Source of the DNA: Octopus bimaculoides | Taxonomy: Eukaryota | Assembly (NCBI RefSeq): GCF_001194135.2 | Contig: NC_068987.1 | Coordinates: 96,721,628 to 96,762,818 of the forward strand | Length of the DNA stretch: 41,191 nt | Direction: 5' to 3' | Part shown: piece by piece, positions 23,801 through 35,800 of the stretch | How positions within the stretch are numbered: position 1 is the first letter of the stretch | Layout: each line of letters opens with the position of its first letter | Notes under the pieces: model-generated | Told to the model about the DNA's origin: nothing | The model's database searches: none | Seen by the model: only the letters and a program-made list of their open reading frames with translations | Program-made: the position numbers and the translations under genes

Positions 23801-26800
23801 GTTTAAATTCAGTGAAGTACAAGTCTATAACAGAAAAAAAATGAAGTTTAAAAAACAACCTAAAGCAGGTTTGTTTTGTTCTTAATTAAAATGTTATCAC
23901 AGCAGTGATAACAAGGTGATAAAAGGCTAAATAGGGTGTTAGAGGAAAGGGCAGTCTACAAAGCAAACATTTGAAGCACTGCATCATGTAGTGCACCTGT
24001 ATATCCTGAATGAAGACACTATTACAGTATGTACAGGTTAACTTGACACAATCTTAAAGAAAGTACCCACTGTCATTGCAGTTGATACAACTGCCCATTA
24101 ACAGTTCATTTCGCAGGAGGCAGGTTGCCAACCATCCCTAATAATAGTTCTGGGATTGAGATTATCACATATGGAGTCTTGTCCAAAAAAAAGAAAAAGA
24201 AAAAAAAAGTACACCATGTACACATACTCATTCTTGCAAGAAATGTTAGCATGCGACACTGCCTGCTGCTACTGAACTAAATTTAATATAAAAATTCAAC
24301 AAACCTTCTGCCTGATCTGCATAATCAGGCCTTGGGATATGATCTGGTACTATTCTCTTGGGACTCTGAAAAAAGAAACAATATGTGTATTACATTATAA
24401 GAGAACTGGCATATGTCAAGAAAACAAGAAGTGCTGCCGTTTGTTTAGAATATATACGGAAATAGAGATTGGTATTAACATAGCCGCTGCTACTCCTACT
24501 CCTACTAATGATATTAGACATTATAAGCACCAATTTATAATAACAAGGAGCAACAAGTTCACTGGTTGTGTTTGTAATAGCTTATGGCCTTTATATTAAA
24601 ATCTGAGCAGTTAATTAACACCATTGATACTGTTAGTAATGTTGATGTGAATAATCATCATCATCGTCTAACATCCGCCTTCCAAGTCAGCTTTTTACTA
24701 TCATTATAATCATAGCACACTCAATAGCTTGCTTGCATGTGTGTGTGCGAAAGAGAGAGAGTGAAACCAAGACCCATTTGTCTTCATTTAATGTTTCAAG
24801 ATTTAGGAAAAGAATTATCATAACTTTCCATTTCTCTCCTTTATTTACAGTTATAAATCACTGTCGTTCACCCAATATATAAAACCACTGATATCCTCTG
24901 CCTACACAAGGCACTTTGGTTCATTATGTGTCCAAAATCATCAGTCACCTTTTTTTGCTTACTAATTATACCATCCACTCTTACATATTACGAGACCACA
25001 TGGTCAGGAAACAAGCTTCTCAACTACACAGCCACATCTGTGCTTATTTGTCTTATACACAAATATGGTGTTTATACTTGCTACCGGCAGGAACTTTTGA
25101 TACATTGTGAGATGAGTGTCAGATATAGAATAAGACCAGCAGTGCCGGCTTCACAATGATGTTTGCTTAGTAGGAGGGATAGCCAGTCAAAAGTAACAAT
25201 TACTTGAGATTTGCAACAACACCATCAAAGAAAGAAAGAAAAAGACCTTTTATGTTCCTCTCAACTCTTAACTGGTATGATGGGGTGGATGTGAATGATG
25301 CAATTTACCCTTTAGCATTCAAACTGGCCATATCCAGTCAAAATATTCTACCTGTTCTATATTCATACTAGTCAGACCTGGCCTCTCATGCATACCCTAC
25401 GTTAGCATTCTAAAAATTAACTGTTACCTCATACAAAATAATGCATGATTAATTCAAAACAATGTGAACAAATAAGCATTGCTTTTGACAGAATAATGTG
25501 AATGCTAAATGATTTAAGATAAACAAAAAATTTGCCACACTAGAGGGAGTACTTTATCTAAAACAATTCACATTGTTTACCTGTTGATATGGTCGGAGTG
25601 GGCCAGTAAACCGATAATTAGGCCATGGATTATATACACTTTGAGATAAGTTTTTTTCTTCTGAAAGAAAAGAAGAAAAAATATATATTAATTTAAAAAT
25701 TTTTGTTCAAGAAGTAAACATTCACATAAAAAAAAAGACCAAATATATTAAGTAGACAAGGCTGAAGCTTGTCTCTAAAGAACTTACTTGCTTTTTTGTG
25801 TAACTGCTTGTGATCATTCCACCCTTTTTTAAAGCATTCCTGGAAAAAGAAAATTCAGTTTAAATAATATGCTATGGTCATGATGGTTGAACACCAACCA
25901 TAGTCATGTTGGTGCTGGTTACTTTTCAAGTCAGACCCACCAAGAGCAATTAAAATCCCTGGTTGATAACTGATTTGAGAAACTCTCACAACCAACCTTA
26001 TACCTTTCCATGTCTTAATCTGATTGTCTTGCACTTCACTTTCATATCTTCATATCACTTTCTACATCCAAGCCACAACAATAGCAACCTCATATAGCTC
26101 CAATACAGTGAGGTTAAATATATTTTAATGAGTACTCATTATTTGTCCTACTGCTGTTAGGTACTGTTCATAAAGTAATAAAAGCAAAAAACAATATAGA
26201 CTTATTTCTATATGAATTACTAAAATTCAAGAGTAGCTGCAGTCAGCACTGGAAAGCATCTATAAAATAAAGAGAAGGCTTTGCCCAAAATATGATGCAC
26301 TTCTTATCCTCAAAGCAAACTAAACATAATTTTGTTTGGCTTTTTGGTTGTATTCAGTTTATTCATTGTATGTTATTGTTGACAAGATCCCTAGGTAAAT
26401 ACATTATTCCAAAGAAAATATATTCATGAAGACCTAACTGCTATGAGATAATGGATGGCAAAATCAATGGGATCAATAGAAAACTAGCAGAGTGACACTT
26501 TATATCTTTCTCAGTCACAGCACTAAAATCTTTGGCTAAGGCAGCTTTCAACAGTCAGTAAACCTAGTAAATAGAAGTAAAAAAGGACAGTAAAGTACTG
26601 TAGAACTGAGAGGTAATTCATTAGCTTACAGTGCAAAGTTCAATTCTTCCAACAGTTATACTGAAGCTGACAGATATTCTGGCTAGAATCAAATTATTTC
26701 TGTCTCCAAAAACCAAGGTTTTAACTTCCAAACCCAAAATATATTTTTACATAAAAAAAAATCTAAACTCAGAAAGTGCAAGTGGACCATTTTTTGCTTA

Positions 26801-29800
26801 GTATTGGTTACCTAACAGAGGAAAGATAAATTCACCACCCCTTTTCTACAGGTTACTTTCCAAGGAATTCTGGTGCCCATTGCTGATAGCTAAGTGGACT
26901 GAGACATGCTGATGAAAGATGTCTAGTCTACAAACATAACACAATGCCTACAATGAACTTAAGTCATGGCTGTTACCTTATCACTTGGCCATTTTGTCTA
27001 TGCTTTCATTTATGCGATGTATGATGCTATTAATAGTTTTTCAAGGTTAAGAGGGCAGAAGAGCAAATAGGACATGGAATGTGGAAAGGTATCAAGCTCA
27101 GTACATTGTCACACAAGTGACAATGGACTGAGCTTGGGTGAGTATCTTGTTTCAAAACCCTTCCAAAATATAACACTAAAAAAAAAGTCTATAAATAAAT
27201 AGAACATTGATCAGAATTGAAAAGTGAAACAGTATCAAGAACCAACGATAGCTTATATACATTTTTTTTACTAGAGGCACAAGGCCTGAAGTTTTGGAGA
27301 GGGGGTCTAGTTGATTACATTGACCCCAGTATTCAACTGGTACTTATTTTTATTGATCTGCAAAGGATGAAAGGCAAAAATTGACCACTGCGGAATTTGA
27401 ACTCAGAATGTTAAGCCAGACAAAAAAATGCCGCTAAGCATGGCTGCAGTCCAATGACTGAAACAAGTAAAAGATATTTTATCATTTTTATTGTTAATAA
27501 TCATTCAAGTAATTTTTGACAAGACTTGAGTTTATAGTTTCTTTCCTTTCCTCTGAAACTAAACAGCTAAGCCCTGCATAGTAACTACATCTGTGTTTAC
27601 TCTGCTGTTTCCACTAATCTTAACAACATGCAAAAACATGGCAGCTGGAGATTATATGAGATTATAGCAATTGATTAGTAAAATAAGGCATAAAAGATAA
27701 AATTATAATCCGATGCATTGTATCAATCAAACGACAAGCATATACTGTAGCTGATAAAATATGCATGTTGTTCAGAGAATATGCACACACCACTATCCTC
27801 ATCATTTCATGTCGGTTTCTCATGCTGGAATGAAGTGGATGCTTTGATAGGATATGGCAAGCTACAGGGCTATGTTGAGCTCCAATGTCAGCTTTGACTT
27901 TGTTTCTATGGCAAGATGCTTTTCCTAACACCAACCAATTTACAGCATTTTTTACAGCATTAGTGAGGTTGCTAAGTAACCAACTAGACAGAAAAAGAAT
28001 AGGGAAAAGCCCCATCAACTAAATGGGTAGAGTATTTGAGAAGTGGCTTTATGCCAGGTGTTGTGAGGCTAAAGTGTGACAGAGGGACAAACACAGGTGT
28101 CTTGCTATAGAAGAGATACATGGCTACTCCACATCATACAAGGGTGAGAAAAGCTGAGAAGGTAAAGACTAGTGCATCAGTTAGTTTAAAAGGATGAACA
28201 TAATCTTCAGCCCTTTACAACAGACAAATAACTCTGCATTTAATGGACACACTTTCTTACTAGGAGTGAACCCCTGAAGGGAATGAGCACAATAGGAAGA
28301 ATCCATGTCAATGAATGACTGGGATGTATTTCATTAACCATGGAGCAGTGAAAATTTAAGCCTATGAAGTCAGTGATTTGAATACATATAATAAAGAAAT
28401 ACTGTACAGTGAGTTCAACTGACTAGGTTAGCTAAATTAAAGATTCTTAACTATCCAAATTGTAAACTGCATATAATGGTTCAACACAAAATATAACAGA
28501 AAGGATGTTCAATTTAGGATACAATTTTAAGGAACTTTTCCCGTTAATTTTTGATATATAAAAAAATTGAAATAAATCTTACAGGAGGGCTACTGACCAG
28601 ATCTGTGGATGGTGCAAAGTCCCCTCTCAACCCAAGGTAATGTGGTGGAGGAATAATGTAGTTGACAGGGCCATTAGGGAAAAGAAACAGGCATGGAAAG
28701 ACTGGAAGAACGGTGGTAGTAGGGAATTGTATCAGATTGCCAGAAGCAAAGATAGGAGACAGATTTACTAAGCCAGAGGGAAAGCAAATGAGAAAAAATT
28801 TGCCAATGTTCTATGTCTTGAAGTGTTTTGTGTTGCAAGACAGTGTGTGGGAGAGAATCATGATGTCATAGGAGAGAAATGTGTCCGCATGGATGATGGC
28901 TCACTTGCATTTAATGAGGCTGCAAAGAGAGAGAATTGGAGATGCCACTATGAAAGGTTGCTAAATGAAGAGAATGAATGGGAGAAAGAAAGTCTGCTGA
29001 ATGTTGACCCAATAGAGAGACCTGCTATCCGAATTGACAGTACCTTGGTAGATAAAGCAATTAAGAGTATGAAGACAGGGAAAGCAACCCATGCCAGCAT
29101 GGAAGGCGGATGTTAAATGACGATGAGGAAGAGGATAACATTAATCTATATGCACAATTTTCCAGTATGTAATAATAATCTTTTAATTCACAAAGTGGCT
29201 TAAATGTACATGTGTGTGTGTGTGTGTGTATACACACACAAACACATGTATACTACTCATTTTTGCCAGCTGAGTGGACTGGAGCAATGTGAAATAAAGT
29301 GTCTTGCTCAAGGACACAACGTATTGCTGGGAATTGAACTCACAACCATACAATCATAAGGTGAATACCCTAACCACTAAGCCACGCGCCTTCACAGTGG
29401 ATTTACTATATATCTATTATATGCACACATACATATGTGGATATATGCCCCCTTCTTTATTCAATACACACACACTTGAGGATTTTTTAAGAGTTTTTTT
29501 TTACCTTCTAGATAGTTGTTCTTTAGTCTTGGTTGAAAAACAGTCTGCCCATGAAGCAAGGTATCTCACACTAGACATGACCCTAGTATCTAAATGCTAT
29601 TTAACAGAAAAGAACCCACTAGCTGAACTAGTTTCATTTCTATTCTGGTATTTCATCAACAAATAAGTAACCTTTTTTCTGTCATGAAGATATTGTATAT
29701 AAAGACAGGGCTTATATAACTGTCTATTACATACTAAGTTGGCCAACATTTCAGATATACTCTATTGTACAGAATAGGTGATAGAAAAGGCAATTGTCTA

Positions 29801-32800
29801 AGATGTCCAAAAGTGACATTGAATGTGAAAGTACTAGAGCAACAGTATGGAATTTAATAGTTATTGTCCACCATAATTCTGTCTTCAGGCAAGTTCTCTT
29901 CTCAATATCTGAGACACAAATATCATTCATTCACCCAATATGTAAATACCTAAACTAAGGGAGTGAACTCCGATTTAATAATTTGTTTTATTACTTTTTG
30001 TTTGCAATATTTCTTACAATGACTTCAAATTTTAAGACAAAATCAGTTATTTTGAGTGTAGAGGAGCAAATCAATTACACTGACTTCAGTACTCGACTGG
30101 TACTTTGAATAATTTTTTATTTAACACTATCATCTCATTTCAGAGATTTATCCTGATGAATCTCAGAAATGAGATGAAAGTGTTAAATAAATAATTATCC
30201 AAAATTCTGATTGCCTCTTTTTCTTAATACATTAAATCTGTACACAGCAAAATACACACACACACAGACGTCTTTGGGTGTTCCCCAAAACCCTGCAGCG
30301 ACTGAAACAAGTAAAATATAAAAGATTAATGTTACAGCCATTATGTTGTGAGTGGTTAGAAGGAAAGTGGACATGCAACTGTAAAAGACATCTGCTTTAT
30401 CAAATTTTTTCCTCTCTATGTTTACATAGAAGAATTCATGTTATGCATTAAAAAAAGAATAAAATTCAATGATGCTGTCATAGCTGAATGATCAAGTGGA
30501 CAAAGTATTTGGCTACCAAGTCACAAGTTCATATCTACAAGTTGTTTTATGGTTCTTCATTTCACCGAGTTGTTAGTATTAGGTACTGGATCATTTGAGA
30601 AATGATATCTACAATGGACTAACAACCCTTTTCTTTTGTGACTGAAGTGCAGACATGGCTGTGTGGGTAGAAGTCTGCTTCCCAATCATGTTGCCTCGGT
30701 TTCAGTCCCACTGCATGGTACCTTGGACAAATATCTTCTGCTATAGCCTTGGGGTGACCTAAGCTTTGTGAGTGAATTTGGTAAAAGGAAACTGAAAAAA
30801 GCCCATCATATGTGTGTACACTTGTCTTCACATCATGTGATGGTATTAAACAAGTGTAACTCATACAAGTGATGTGGTTCCTTTCCATGTCTGGCCATAG
30901 AGAATATTACCTTGCATAGAAACAGGCAAGGGCTGGCAACAAAGGCATTTGGTCATAGAAACATCTACCTTAACAAATTCCGTCTGACTCATGCAAACAT
31001 GTAAAAGTAGGTATTAAATGATCATGATGACAACGATTAGAGAGAACCTCTCAGAGGTCCTGAAAATGGTATCAGGTTGAGTAAAAAGTAAGCAACGTTT
31101 TGAACTATGAAGAATTTGTACTGGACTTTTGCAGAGTTTTGAATTTTTTTAAACATCTTTTTTGCAACTGTTTAATAATACAGACACAGACTTGTCCAAA
31201 TGCATCAATAAATTAGCATTTTTTCACCATTGTTACAATTATCTGAAATGGAACTGTCAAAGATATTAAAGCAATTTTGTTATTCAACTTCAAAAAAGGA
31301 TGTAAAGCAGCTGAAACTGCTCGCGATATCAATGAAACGTTCGGTGAGGAAATGACCAGTGAGTGGTCAGCTCGAAAATGGTTTAAACGGTTTTGCAGTG
31401 GAGACCTGAATCTTGAAGACTGCAAGCGTAGGGGACGCCCATCTGCCATTGAGAAAGCTCCACGTAAAACCACTCGAGAAATGGCAAAAGACCTTCAAGT
31501 TAGTCAGAGAACTGCCTGCAACCATTTGCATGTGATTGGAAAATCAAAAAAGTTCGACAAATGGGTACCACATGATTTGAATGAAAATCAGAAAATATGC
31601 AGATATGGAATTTGCTCGTTGTTTCTTCTCCGTAACCAGATCAATCCATTTCTCGACCGTATTGTAACTTATGATGAAAAGTGGCTTTTGTACAATAATA
31701 AAAATCCTTTAAAGTGGTTGGACCAAAATGAAGCACTGAAAACTTTCCCTAAACTCAAGCTCTTCAAAAAGAAAGTTATGGTGACTGTTTGGTGGTGTAC
31801 TGCTGGACTCATCCACTATAACTTCTTAAAATTTGGAAAACCCGTTACTGCAGAAATATATTGCCATGAAATTGTCAAAATGAACAAAAATCTGCTACTC
31901 TTCCATCCCAGATTGGTCAACAGAAGAGGGCCAATCATTTTTCATGACAATGCTTGACCACACTTTTCACTAATGACATTCCAGAAGTCGAGGGAACTTG
32001 GCTACGAAGTTCTTCCCCAATCAGCTTATTCCCCAGACCTTTCTCCTACCACTTTTTCAAGCACCTTAATTGTTTCTTGAGAGAGGAGTTCAAAAATCAA
32101 ACCGATGCTGAAAGTGTGTTCAAAGAGTTCATCAGCTCCAGAACTCCAGATTTTTAGGTTACCGGAATAAATAAACTTGTAATTCCCTGGCAAAAATGTG
32201 TTGATTGTAATGTTACTTACTTTGATGAATAAAATTTCCATATTGCTGAAATATATTGCGATGAATTTCATGTTTTAAAACGTTGCTTACTTTTTACTCA
32301 GCCTGATACAATGAAAAGAAGAGACTATCCCCAGATCCTGGCCTGAATACTTCTAAATGCTTTCTTTATCTTGCACTACTCTCGCAGATTCCCATGACTT
32401 CTTGTTACCATCCAATTCCGTCATGAATATGAATTGGAAGCTTGAGTCGTAGTGAATCCTATGGATGTGTGGCAGTTATTCTCATGATAGAGCTTGGTGA
32501 TCCTGACTGTTGATCTTGTAGGTTTCCTTGGCTCAGTTGCACTCTCCTGCTACCTCTTCACAATCTGCCATGCTGCAGTCCCATGACTGCATCATAGGAC
32601 TGAGTGGAGGTATTAAGCCAGGCAATAGACTAAGTCTACCATGTATCCGGAGAGAGAAAGACATGTACCTTACATTCAATTAGCAGTAAAAAGAACTCAA
32701 GTCCAGAACAATCCTTTAAAAGCCCTATTCACACTTATGATAAAAACTTTACCAATGAGATGTTTACTGGCATTTTACTTTGTTGAAACCTCATCCATTC

Positions 32801-35800
32801 ACCTACACACACAAATATTAAAATTAACCTTTGCCTGATTCCACAAGTTCAAACTCGTGAAGCAAAAGTCTAGGATAATATAAGTTATGGAGTTAATGTT
32901 ATCTCTCAACCAAATTAACTCATGAAAACAATTTCTAAAAATAAAATAAATTAATTAAAACTTCCTCTAACTCAGTTTTTGCTATGGAAAGTAGTCTACT
33001 TTTTTTTTTAAATAACTAAGTCAGTGTTAATATATTTATTCAATGGAGCAGCCAAGGGTTTTTAAATGAATGAGAATAGATGGAACAATAAACAGTGAGG
33101 GAAACGGCTTAGCAACAAAATATATATACTGTACATTTTAAAGAAAGTGTACTAGAAAAATAAGTGTGGCCAATGTGTGTGTGTATTTGTTCCTTGTCAA
33201 GCTCACCTTATTGCCCCTTCACTTTACATCTTCCCCTCTCACTTTACATCCTTACTCTTCTCCTCCACAGCTCCCATCTCTTCACTTACAGCTGCACCAT
33301 CTCATCTGTTACAATCGTCCTCCTTACAACAAACCACTACACTCTCCCAGGTTACCTGTATTGCCACCCAGCACTTCCACTTGCCATCCTTCCACCTGTA
33401 CAATGACCTCCAGCCTTTCTTTCACTCACTGTTCTTCTTACTCTTTTGTCTCTATGTTCTCTCCACAGCCTTCCTATCTGAGATGCTTTCTCTGCTTTCA
33501 CACTCTGCTCTTTCTCTTTCCCTTCCATTTATGGCACCTTCAGCCTCTTTCTCCTCAATGCTCTTAACTACTCTCCCATTCTGTCCTTTCCTCTCAGTCT
33601 TCTCCACACAGCTTTTCTACCTCCCCAATACCCACTCAGATCTATGCCCACACCCCATCCCTCTATCAATGGTTCATTCATAATGTAGGAATAGCCCTTG
33701 ATCCATCCCTACACAACTTATCCTATCACCTTTCCACCCTGTCCCTTGCTTTTTCAATAAACCCTGACACTAATCTCTTCTCTTTCCCTGTTCCCTACCA
33801 CAACTATTAATCTATTCCTCTCATCTTACTTTACCCTGTCTAGAATAATTACACACAGACTCTCTTTCTCCCCAGTCTCCATCAGTTATAGGGGTTACTT
33901 TAAGCACTTAGCCTTGCAAGCTGCAAGGTGATCTCACTAACGTTGATGTTGTGAAAAAGGCACCAGGACACTCTATGTAGCAGTTGTTGTTAGCCAGAGC
34001 AACCAGCAATAAAAACCATGCCAAAACAAACATTGGAGCATGGCAACCCATACCAGTATGGAAGGCAGACATTACATGATGAAGATGTTGGTATGCAGTG
34101 AGAAAATAAAAATTTGATATATAAGTCAGTGATTAATAATTCTCCTTATATAAAAAAAAAAATCTCATATTTACTTAATGATTCATTTGTCATTATTTCA
34201 ACAAGTATAGTAAAGGTTATATACTGTTCATGAGGTCAGAATAATATTGAAACACAGCCAAAGCTGTCTCAATACTTGTTAGACAATGATATTAAACATT
34301 GTCTAATACTGATTTTTCTAGTTAGCATTTTAATACAATATACATTAAGTATATCAACACAAATTTACCTAGATTTTTATGAGGTTGGCATCTCTGACAA
34401 CTTTACTTTGTGTGAGACAAACAACTAATAAACATCTATTGTACCTAAGTCACACTGACACAACACATAAATTAACCCTTCAAAAAAATAAATAAATGAA
34501 TAAAAATAAAAAATGCATTTTTCCAAAGCAAAATATTTCAAATGAATTGTCTGAGATAATAACTTTTTAGGCTTTTAATAGTCTCTTTGGAGATAAAACA
34601 TTATTAAATATTTGTATCTACACTATGTTTCAATTGGTATGATCTCTGATCGTCACCAGGTGTCTTATTACTGGGTATGTACATAGTACCAGACTGGTAT
34701 TAAGAACCTTTAGTCTCTAAACTAAATGGTAGTAATGAATCATATTCAATATGTTATCAACATGTGTCCATGCATTAGTGGCATAACACGTAAGCTATTG
34801 GTATAACTGGCTCATAAGTCTTTAGTTCAAACCTCATAACAGGTATTTTGTCATGTATTTTGTTTCTACACTCAATTCTACATGTTTCACTTCAACTAGC
34901 TGATAAGAATAGCTAAGTCCAAGATGATATGAGAAAGTTAGCTGCAAGAGACTGGCATCCTACCTTAGAGCATTATTACCTTTCAGTGTATACTCAACAC
35001 CATGAACTCAGGCAATTTTTGTATACAAATTTAGCTACTGTGTTCACATATCACCTTTATTTTACATCATGCTTCTGAATGACAGTGCCTAAGGTTATGT
35101 GTTTCTAGTGGGCTGACCATTGGTTTACTCTGTTTACAATGTTGAAAGTAACATTTGGAGTGGTTTCTCTGGCTGGATACCTTTCTTGATGCTAACTACT
35201 TTACAAAAGTGTATTGAAATGCTTTCCACATAGCACTAGCAAGAGCAAGGTCACCAAGTAACTTGCAAGATAAGACTTTTCAGCTGAGGAAGGAATAGTA
35301 CTGAAGGAGGTGACCTTGTGCTAGACAACTGGAGGGACAGATACAAGAGTTTTGCAGTAGAGGAAATACATGGCTAGCCCAAATGAAAAAAGAGAGAAGA
35401 GGAGAGATAATTTCTGGGAGGAAGAGTTATCATGATACACTGATACATTTGGATTAGTTTCCTCATCCTAGCTATTACAGTCACATTTCAGCTGTTGTAC
35501 CCTCCACACTCTTCTTCAGGTGCTTGTCATTGTTATTAACATTCTTGACATTTTGGAATTGAACTGTCTATAAGATAATGCAATAGTTAATATAAGCATG
35601 TGTCATAGTTTAGCTAATGGGTGGGAATTCAATCTTTGGGTCAGTCATACACACACACACACACACACATACACTCTGTGGCAAGATAGCAGAATCATTA
35701 GCACACTGGGCAAAATACTTAGTGGTAATTGGGCCGCCTTTAAGTTCTGAGTTCAAATTCCGCTGAGGTTGTCTTCCCCTTTTATCCTTTTGGGGGTCGA

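Noticed and set aside
31213-32271. Minus-strand ORFs 31213-31473 and 32026-32271
   Set aside because: Antisense shadows of the mariner transposase and its end.
33164-33683. Three overlapping ORFs up to 168 aa
   Set aside because: Products of a C/T-rich low-complexity tract lacking stop codons; no domain motifs.
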